Below are positions 47,948 through 55,352 of a stretch of 64,000 nucleotides of DNA, piece by piece; positions within the stretch are counted from its first letter, which is position 1; the number at the start of each line of letters is the position of its first letter. The stretch is from assembly GCA_963712115.1 (NCBI GenBank), contig CAVQGX010000032.1, forward strand, positions 107,761-171,760. Reading direction: 5' to 3'. Source of the DNA: an uncultured delta proteobacterium (GTDB lineage: Bacteria > Desulfobacterota > Syntrophobacteria > BM002). The position numbers were made by a program, and so were the translations under genes. The notes beneath the pieces were generated by a model, which made no database searches, was not told the origin of the DNA, and saw only the letters and a list, made by a program, of their open reading frames with translations.

Positions 47948-50164
47948 CTATTGTTTCCACATCTGTCCCACAAGAGCAAAGGTAATGGTAATCATGATCT
48001 GACCAACATCGTCCCGGGTGATATTAATTACGCCCCCATGTTTGTGAATCACCACCTTGGTCATGGGCAACTCCAGATCAGCTTCGCCCAGTTCCTCGGC
48101 CACAAAGGGATAGAAAAAGTGCTCCATATCATCGTCTGTCAGATGGAGTCCAGGATAGGCGAGTCGCACCACCGCTTTACCGTTTCTTGCAGTGGCAACC
48201 TTCAGGCTAGATCTTTCCGGCATGTGCTTGCAGACCTGGCGCAAAATTCTTTCCAGTGCGCGGCTCAAGTGGCCGCGGTCAGCAAGAATGAAAGGAAGCC
48301 TTTCATCCAGTTCTAACTCGACTTCGATCCCACGACTGTCAAACTTCTCCGAGGACTCGTTTATGGCTTCCTGCAAAAGCGCGTTCAAGTCCACCTCGGA
48401 AAATTCCAGGGGAACCGGCCGAATATAGGTTAGGATCATCTTGAGGATTTGCTCAAGCCTCCGGACCTCATGAACTATAATCTCAACCTTTTTTCTATGA
48501 GAATTGTCCTTGTCCATCTCTTGAAGCAACCTTCGGGCGAAGCCTCCAGCCGAGGTGAGAGGATTGCGGATCTCGTGTGCCAGCCTGGCAGAGACATTGC
48601 TTAAAGTCTTGAGCTCTTCGGTTTGGATGATCTGCTCTTGTAGCCGCTGCCTCTCACTCACGTCTACGATAATACCATCCACCGCCTGTACCCTGCCCTC
48701 CCTGTCGGTTAAGGGCATTGCATGGTTAAGCAGAAATAATTCCCGGCCGTCTCTGTGATTGCCTCGGTACTCGAGCAGAAATTCCCTACCCTCTGCAAGA
48801 CAACCTCTCAGTTGTTTGGCAAAGTTCTGTTTATCCTCCGGATGTGCAATCCTAGTCCAGAATTCCCTGTCTGCTATTACTTCTGTAGGTGTGTATCCCA
48901 GGATTTCCTCCACAACCCTGTTAACATAAACTGTAGTTCCATCTGGTTCAATACGATAGACAACCAGAGGGGCATTTTCCACCAGGGTCTCATATTTCTC
49001 TTTCTCTTCCACGAGCTCTTGTGTTCTCGCCTCTACTCTCTCTTCCAAGGTAATGCAGTATTCTTGAATCTCTTGCCTTGCCCTGTTGAGGGATTCGAGC
49101 ATGTCATTGAGAGAATCTGCCAGGATACCTATCTCATCCCGCACTGGCACAAAAATTCCCCGGACCCGTTCGCCCGCAGCTATCTCCCGCGCCGCCGCAA
49201 CTATGTCACGGACAGGGCGAAGAAAGACCGTCACCACCCAAACAATAATAATGGACGAGAACAGCAGGGCTGCCACCATAACAGCAAACATCTCGATTCT
49301 GTTTTCGGCCAACTCCGCAAGAGTGGCAGATCTGTCAACGCTGATTTCCACCACCCCGATACTATTCCCGTAAAAATCCTTCAATGGCCCTAGGAAAAGA
49401 GCCAGGCCAGGAGTATCGGGCGGGCTAATCAGTATTTCCGGATTCTGAGTTCGAAACACCCTGCCGCAAATCTCATCACTCGATATCGGTAAGCTTGCCG
49501 AGGAAGCCGTAAGTGTATAAAAACCAGTAGTCCCATGGATTTGAATGAGGAGGGCAAGATCCATGTCGTATCGGCGCTTGAGAGAATCCAGAAAAGGACG
49601 CTCTACCGAGTACCCGATCTCGAAGGTTCCGATAAATTTATCTTGATAGAACACTGGCACCACTCCCCTAACGCCGAATCCGGTAGAACCTCGTTCCAAC
49701 CCAGCAATTCCTTGGCCAGTCTCCTCCACTTTAGTAATTGTATGACGAAAGGATGCCATCGCCTCACCGGATTGATAGATCCGATGAAGTCGCAGAAAAG
49801 ACGTGGCTGGTTTAATGTGGAAGTGAAATTGTTTTACATCGAATTTCTCTTTCACAGCCTCGTATGAGGGCAACAACAGATCAATGAGTGCTTTAGTATC
49901 TCTCCGGGCAAACGCCTCTTGCACTGTCGGCGACTTGGCGACCAGGTAGGCCAGACTCAGCGCCGAACTCTTCCGATCCTCAATCTGGTCAGAAAAGGCC
50001 CGGAAATAATCATGCAGCTTTTTCTTTTCTTGGGACTCGATTAGCCTTTTCTGGTTATTCAAACCCAAAAGAATGAGTGAGGTAGTCCCTAAAAAGGAAA
50101 GAAACAGGAAAGGAATCAGCAGCTTCCACTTTAGGCTGATGTCATGGATGCTTCTTAGATTCAC
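47948..50164 (-). CDS. Cache-HAMP-PAS-HisKA sensor with a degenerate ATPase domain
   Basis: Cache-like FHFH...SFLRLH, HAMP DEIG.LA.S.N.M, PAS, H-box AHEIRNPL; N, G1 and G2 boxes degenerate. Confidence 0.88.
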   Translation of the reverse strand: MNLRSIHDISLKWKLLIPFLFLSFLGTTSLILLGLNNQKRLIESQEKKKLHDYFRAFSDQIEDRKSSALSLAYLVAKSPTVQEAFARRDTKALIDLLLPSYEAVKEKFDVKQFHFHIKPATSFLRLHRIYQSGEAMASFRHTITKVEETGQGIAGLERGSTGFGVRGVVPVFYQDKFIGTFEIGYSVERPFLDSLKRRYDMDLALLIQIHGTTGFYTLTASSASLPISSDEICGRVFRTQNPEILISPPDTPGLALFLGPLKDFYGNSIGVVEISVDRSATLAELAENRIEMFAVMVAALLFSSIIIVWVVTVFLRPVRDIVAAAREIAAGERVRGIFVPVRDEIGILADSLNDMLESLNRARQEIQEYCITLEERVEARTQELVEEKEKYETLVENAPLVVYRIEPDGTTVYVNRVVEEILGYTPTEVIADREFWTRIAHPEDKQNFAKQLRGCLAEGREFLLEYRGNHRDGRELFLLNHAMPLTDREGRVQAVDGIIVDVSERQRLQEQIIQTEELKTLSNVSARLAHEIRNPLTSAGGFARRLLQEMDKDNSHRKKVEIIVHEVRRLEQILKMILTYIRPVPLEFSEVDLNALLQEAINESSEKFDSRGIEVELELDERLPFILADRGHLSRALERILRQVCKHMPERSSLKVATARNGKAVVRLAYPGLHLTDDDMEHFFYPFVAEELGEADLELPMTKVVIHKHGGVINITRDDVGQIMITITFALVGQMWKQ

Positions 50165-50180
50165 GATCCAGTCTCCTGCC

Positions 50181-50423
50181 TTATTGTCTCTTTGTTGATC
50201 CCATCTGCAAAAGCACCTGTTCTTTCTCGTCCCGCACTTGGTCCTTTATCCGTTTAATGTGGCCCCGTGCCAAACCTTTGACCTCACTAACTACAATCTC
50301 ACGACCTAAATCCCGCTGCTTCTTTACGACTCGCCTCAACCGGTCAAATTCTTTGGCATAGTCCCCAGGCACAGGTAACTGGAAGTTCTCTCCCTCAGGG
50401 CTCATGGAGTATCTTCCTGGCAT
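50181..50423 (-). pseudogene. 80-aa ORF resembling the fused N- and C-termini of a nucleotide-sugar (GDP-mannose/UDP-glucose) dehydrogenase; internal deletion remnant
   Basis: YSMSPEGENF.LP...EFDRL...GREIVV is joined directly to EVKGLARGHIKRIKD; GGAGG RBS. The family match is from memory and unverified. Confidence 0.55.
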
Positions 50424-50487
50424 AGACAGCCTCCTATCTCAAGAATGCTTAGTCGACATAGTGGATTAGCCATGATGGGGCCCGGTT

Positions 50488-50503
50488 AGCTAGAAGCGTG
50501 CCA
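50488..50503 (-). promoter_or_regulatory. Sigma-54 promoter upstream of the 80-aa ORF and the kinase
   Basis: Minus strand TGGCACGCTTCTAGCT (GG-N10-GC). Confidence 0.65.
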
Positions 50504-50599
50504 GACCAAAAACCCAACCTTTTACTGGAACAATGATCCGGCGAAAAACACGAGGACGGTATGTGGGAGACGAAAAATAATCAAGGAGCAAAAGACTTT

Positions 50600-50626
50600 G
50601 GGGTCAGCGGCGATTCCGCTAACCCC
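50600..50626. terminator. Hairpin 3' of the tRNA fragment
   Basis: GGGGTCAGCGG-CGATT-CCGCTAACCCC. Confidence 0.6.
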
Positions 50627-50637
50627 TTGTAATCACT

Positions 50638-50696
50638 TGGTGCCGGAGGCGAGAGTCGAACTCGCACGGGCGCAAGGCCCACTGGATTTTGAGTCC
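50638..50696 (-). tRNA. 3' half of tRNA-Leu(CAA), not an intact gene; probable att-site duplication
   Basis: Minus strand GGA-CTCAAAA-TCCAG, variable arm GGGC/GCCC, T arm GCGAG-TTCGACT-CTCGC, CTCCGGC-A-CCA; no D arm or 5' acceptor strand upstream. Confidence 0.85.
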
Positions 50697-50969
50697 TATT
50701 CTGGTCTTTCCCCGTGTTTCCTGGTTTTTCCTTTCATAGCTGAAAAACCCTTACAGTACAAGGAAAAACACAGAATCGGGAAACACCCGGAAAAATGGAG
50801 ATATATTTTCGCGGATGTTACCCAAGTGTTACCAAGCAAACCACTTGGGATTCGAGCCTTTAGATGATAGATTGATTTGAGGGGATAGGCAAGCGCAGCC
50901 GAAAGCGGAGATTCCTGCACTCCGTTTCCCCTCAATAACCTTGCAGATCACTAGCAGGGGTGAAGTAAG

Positions 50970-51803
50970 ATGGATGCAAAGGGAGAGAGGATTGAGTTCC
51001 TCGAAAGGGCAGAAAAAGAATGGGCTGAGATCCTCGAATTGAAGCGTGAGATTGAGGACGCTGGATTCAAGAAGCAAGAGTTCACGTATTTTCCTAGACC
51101 TAAAGACGATAGGGGGTTTTTCATAAAGGATGCAAAACCAATTAAGAAATCAATAACCATCCCTACCAAAATGCGCGTCTACCGCAAGATTGATGGGGAG
51201 GTTAAGGAGTTACGTCCTGAACCATTTCGTCGAAAGATCAGCGACGATCCAAGTGCTATACTTGAACTCTCTGAAGCACTAGATGACTTCTTCTTGGGAT
51301 ATGCCACCTTAATATGGAGCCGCAGACAGTTGATGAAGCCAGTGCTAACAGAGAGTGCATTAAAAAGGGAAGCTAAAGAGTTTTTCCTTGATGAGGAAAG
51401 ACGGTTCTTCGAAGAAAGAGGTTACCCCAGCAAAGATATTGAAAATCTGATGCGACAAGTTAAGCAAGCCAGACTGATGCAAAGACAACTGAGAGAATAT
51501 ACTGACAGCGACCAATATCAGGGTTTTGCTCCTATCAAAGAGGGCAGTGACAAATGCACTGAGTTAGACAGAGATACCATGAGCCAAATAAGGTCACTCT
51601 ACAGGGGAGATGCCCCACCCTTATTTGAGGAACCAGTAAGCGATAGAAAGATACACTCTAATATGGCTGTTGTTTTCGCAACAACGGATTTCTGGACAGA
51701 CCATAAAAGAAGAAAACCTGAAGTAAGAATCTGCAAGTATTATGAAAGAATAAAGGGAGGTCTTTACCATTTCAACAAAAAAGCCAAGGAAGAACAAACC
51801 TGA
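50970..51803 (+). CDS. Hypothetical protein (charged, island-borne)
   Basis: 277-aa ORF with a GGGG-type RBS; no family recognised. Confidence 0.7.
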   Translation: MDAKGERIEFLERAEKEWAEILELKREIEDAGFKKQEFTYFPRPKDDRGFFIKDAKPIKKSITIPTKMRVYRKIDGEVKELRPEPFRRKISDDPSAILELSEALDDFFLGYATLIWSRRQLMKPVLTESALKREAKEFFLDEERRFFEERGYPSKDIENLMRQVKQARLMQRQLREYTDSDQYQGFAPIKEGSDKCTELDRDTMSQIRSLYRGDAPPLFEEPVSDRKIHSNMAVVFATTDFWTDHKRRKPEVRICKYYERIKGGLYHFNKKAKEEQT

Positions 51804-51992
51804 GCCATCCCTAACTGTTTGATCCTTCCTCAGTAGGGTCAAAACCTGGTCAGATTTAACCGAAATTTTCCCCACGCGTAAAACCTCACCACAAAATCCT
51901 CTACGCCGTTTTTTGCCCATTGAAATCCTCTTAAAAATAGAACCGTTTTACAGAAGATTTTCCCCACTAAAGGATAATAATATCAATAACTT

Positions 51993-52643
51993 ATGCTTGA
52001 CATAGTTAGAGGGTTTCATGAGTATGGGAGAGAAGATATTCATACGACGCGAACTCGAGACAAATGGACCTTTGAACCTACGGGTGAGGGGGCCAAAGTT
52101 CGCAGTGAATGCTCTGGAGAATTTTGGCAAACCATGCATGTAGACTTGCGAATGGTCGATGTAAGCGATTTCGTGATCTCCTACTGCCCGACAAATATCT
52201 ACAGTGTGGGCACGCCTCATGAAATAATCCTCGCCAGACAACAGCACAAACCTGTACTTTTTGTGAGTACGCCGGTAGAGTTTCCCGCCTTTGATGAGCT
52301 AAAGAAGCATCTTTCTGAGACAAAAGACAAAAAGGCGAAGCAATTACTCGATGAACTTGCGAGGCAGGTTCCAATTAAGCCCAATCCGCAAGGAGTACCG
52401 AGCCTCTGGTATATGCCACTTATAGGTGGTGAAAATTTCTTTGATGGTTTTGGATTTGCTAAATACCGCAAAAAATTCGACTGGTCTTTAGGACCTTCAG
52501 ATGAGCGTGAGAAACAGTATCCTCCAAGGCGACCCCTTCTACCATTCTTGGAGAAATTAAATCATTCACTGCCTAAGAAGTGGGATAGAAGGAAAGAGAA
52601 GTTTATACAAAATGACGATTGGTTATTGCTAGACTTGGAATGA
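51993..52643 (+). pseudogene. N-terminally truncated nucleoside 2-deoxyribosyltransferase-like protein
   Basis: DLRMVDVSDFVISYCP...SVGTPHEI.LA....KPVLFV motif; the first strand (YLSG/YLAG-type) is missing. Confidence 0.6.
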
Positions 52644-52689
52644 CCTCAATACTAGCTTTCGTGCTGATGTCACAGTTGAGTAGTTGGTT

Positions 52690-52714
52690 AACCCGCCCCT
52701 GGCGGGTTTTTTAT
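52690..52714 (+). terminator. Intrinsic terminator
   Basis: AACCCGCC-CCT-GGCGGGTT followed by TTTT. Confidence 0.8.
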
Positions 52715-52994
52715 TGTCTCAAACATCAGTTTCAAATGACACCCTGTTTCTTGACAAATGAATGGTCTTTGAAGTCGTTGGTTATACTCTCTAGTATTTA
52801 ACCACAACATGTGGTGGTTGAGTATTAAGAGGCAAAGTGTAGATTAAAGTATGTTATACAAAGTTTCAGCAAATCAATTCAGATGAATAGCAAAAGGCAG
52901 AGCCGGTGGTGACTCTGCCCTTGTGTTGTGATGGAACCACTTAAAGCCATCTTGTCATAATTGACGGTCGACTGATCTTCTCTCTAGATCACCT

Positions 52995-53543
52995 CTAATT
53001 TTCCTTCTCGACCACCTGCGTATTAGCAAGCAAGCCAGAGAGACTTTGGTCGTAGAGTACACCACCAGCAGTTATTGTGCAATCGGCTCCTTCACGCTCA
53101 ATGATGGTGTGTGTATTGTAACTATAGCCGTAAGAATATTTGCCCTGCGCTTTGCTAATTTCCTGCTCTGAAAACTCACCATTGAAAGTGCATTCTCCCG
53201 AGATCATCTGAGGCACTGCCCCATTATCGCTGTAGCACTCGAGGCTGCTCGTGTCGATTTCAAAGGTAGCGAACTTAGCTGGGTGATTGATATTTAATGA
53301 ATAAACAGGGGTTCCCATATAGGGTGTATAGCAATAAAAACCGAAGTCCAACGAAACATAGACGTCACTACCCCAATAAGGATCCTGATACACCGACACA
53401 TACATTATATCGCCGCTGGTTGAGTTTTGTGAAACAGCAAAAACTTCACCATAAGTTTCTTTATTGGCTCCATTTTCTGCTAGCACAGTTGGAGCAACCA
53501 GTAGAGATACAACAACCAAAACAAGAGTGAATTTCCTAATCAT
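52995..53543 (-). CDS. Hypothetical exported beta-rich protein
   Basis: Signal peptide ending VLA, GGGAGGG RBS, four Cys, downstream hairpin at ~52895-52921. Confidence 0.8.
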   Translation of the reverse strand: MIRKFTLVLVVVSLLVAPTVLAENGANKETYGEVFAVSQNSTSGDIMYVSVYQDPYWGSDVYVSLDFGFYCYTPYMGTPVYSLNINHPAKFATFEIDTSSLECYSDNGAVPQMISGECTFNGEFSEQEISKAQGKYSYGYSYNTHTIIEREGADCTITAGGVLYDQSLSGLLANTQVVEKEN

Positions 53544-53645
53544 GGTTTTCCCTCCCTCATCACAGGCTCATAGTTATCATAAGGTTTCGCACGAAATACC
53601 AAAGTCAGTTTAGGCTCAAAAGGGCATAAAAGGTTAGAGCTAAAA

Positions 53646-53682
53646 CATAGAAACCCCAAAGGGCATCTGTTGCCTTTGGGGT
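53646..53682 (-). terminator. Terminator-like hairpin within the long leader of the exported-protein gene
   Basis: ACCCCAAAGGCA-ACAGA-TGCCCTTTGGGGT followed by TTCTATGTTTT. Confidence 0.65.
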
Positions 53683-53841
53683 CTTTATAGCGGCACCTTC
53701 TGGAAACTCCACTTCATGACTTGCTCCCATACGTGAAGAGCAGTGCCTAAAATGAATGCGATGATAGATCCGTCTGCTCGAGGGTGACACTAACCGAATG
53801 GTCATTCGAAGATGGGATGGAGAAGGAAATAGAACTATTTT

Positions 53842-53870
53842 AGATTAGATCAGTAGGAATTGTATGTCAA
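53842..53870 (-). promoter_or_regulatory. Sigma-70 promoter
   Basis: TTGACA-N17-TAATCT. Confidence 0.65.
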
Positions 53871-54082
53871 GAAAAATCAAAATCTCGAAATAGCGTGCAC
53901 AGGAAAAAAGTGAAAGGGTCAAATGTATATGACATCCCTTAATTCACATTCGGCTGGGATGTAGTCTGGCACAATATGGTGTGGTTTACCGAAGCAAGAA
54001 CACTTCTCAGCTGTTGTTTGGAAAACTCCTCGAGGTGAAGCCCGTAACAACAGACCACTAAAGACGACAACGTCCCCCTCTT

Positions 54083-54898
54083 CTACAGCCTGACCCCGCG
54101 TTCGACTTCGGCGTATTTACTCAGCTCACTCACAAGAAATTCATAAGCGTCATCCACCGAATCGGTGCGGTGCAACAACATCACATCCTCAGAATTGATT
54201 GTGCCATAGCGGATCAGAGTATCGAAATTGATCACTTCGCTCCAATATTTCGTGCCGAACAGTACCACAGGGAGGTGCTTGCGCATCTTGCGGGTCTGCA
54301 GCAGGGTCAAAAGTTCGAACAGCTCGTCCAGGGTACCGAATCCGCCGGGGAAGACAATGACGGCCTTGGCCAGATAGGCGAACCAGAACTTGCGCATGAA
54401 GAAATAGTGAAAGTGAAATGCTAGCTCGCGGGTCACATAAGGGTTGACGAATTCTTCAACGGGGATGGAGATCGTCAGTCCCACGTTCAGTCCTTTTGCC
54501 TCAGAGGCACCGCGGTTGGCCGCTTCCATAATGCCTGGCCCGCCTCCGGTGCAGACCACGAAGCGGCGTTCCTCTTCGCTCAAGCTCTTGGACCACTGCG
54601 TAAGTCGTCGAGCGAGTTCTCGAGAAGCCTCGTAATAAAGCGACATCTCCACTCCCACCCTGGCGCGCTCGATGTCGCCCTCCCCCTCCTCGGCCGCCAT
54701 TAGAGCCTCATGGGCCTGTTCGCTGGAGACGATGCGGGCTGACCCCATGAACACGATAGTGTCGTTGACCTTATAGTGGCCAAGACGGCTCTCTGGTTCC
54801 AGGTACTCGGAAAGGATGCGCAGGGCCCTGGCGTCCTTGCTGTTTAGAAATTTCTCGCTGAGATACGCCTTGATGTTATGACGGTTTTTCTTGCTCAT
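54083..54898 (-). CDS. LOG/SLOG family protein (TIGR00730-like nucleotide phosphoribohydrolase)
   Basis: FMGSAR, TGGGPGIMEAANRGA, FHYFFMRK, PGGFGTLDELFE. Confidence 0.92.
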   Translation of the reverse strand: MSKKNRHNIKAYLSEKFLNSKDARALRILSEYLEPESRLGHYKVNDTIVFMGSARIVSSEQAHEALMAAEEGEGDIERARVGVEMSLYYEASRELARRLTQWSKSLSEEERRFVVCTGGGPGIMEAANRGASEAKGLNVGLTISIPVEEFVNPYVTRELAFHFHYFFMRKFWFAYLAKAVIVFPGGFGTLDELFELLTLLQTRKMRKHLPVVLFGTKYWSEVINFDTLIRYGTINSEDVMLLHRTDSVDDAYEFLVSELSKYAEVERGVRL

Positions 54899-54941
54899 AG
54901 AATAGGGTCCTTCATTTAATTTAGGGTCGGATAAAGATATC

Positions 54942-55108
54942 TAATTGGTGCTCATCCGAAAACAACGGTTTTCGGACTCTCGCCATCAGCGATCAGCCTT
55001 CAGCTTTCAGCTAAATATACATAAATCCAATAACTTAAGCTGAATGCTGACTGCTGAAAACTGACAGCTCCAGCCGGAAATCTTTGGTTTCCGGCTGGAC
55101 ACTAATTA
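54942..55108. mobile_element. MITE-like element, family B, with internal inverted TCAGC/GCTGA heptamer arrays
   Basis: Imperfect 22-bp TIR TAATTGGTGCTCATCCGAAAAC / GTTTCCGGCTGGACACTAATTA. Confidence 0.55.
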
Positions 55109-55352
55109 ATGGCTTTGAATAAACGTCTCTATAACACTCCATATCAACGCTTGTATTGCCGTTTTTGGGTGCAAAAAGTCTGCCTGAGAATCACCGGGAT
55201 AGATTTAAACCGCCCTTTTTGACCCCAAAAATACCAGTTCAAGCCTAAAATCATACCATTTTTGATGCCCTTACCTATTACAAAAAATGACAGCGCAGCG
55301 TAGTGACCCGAAGCCTTATTGGAGCAAAGATCTGGTGCCTACTGCATAGTCC

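Noticed and set aside
50638-50725. Intact tRNA-Leu gene
   Set aside because: The 5' half (acceptor strand and D arm) is absent; reported as a fragment or att site instead.
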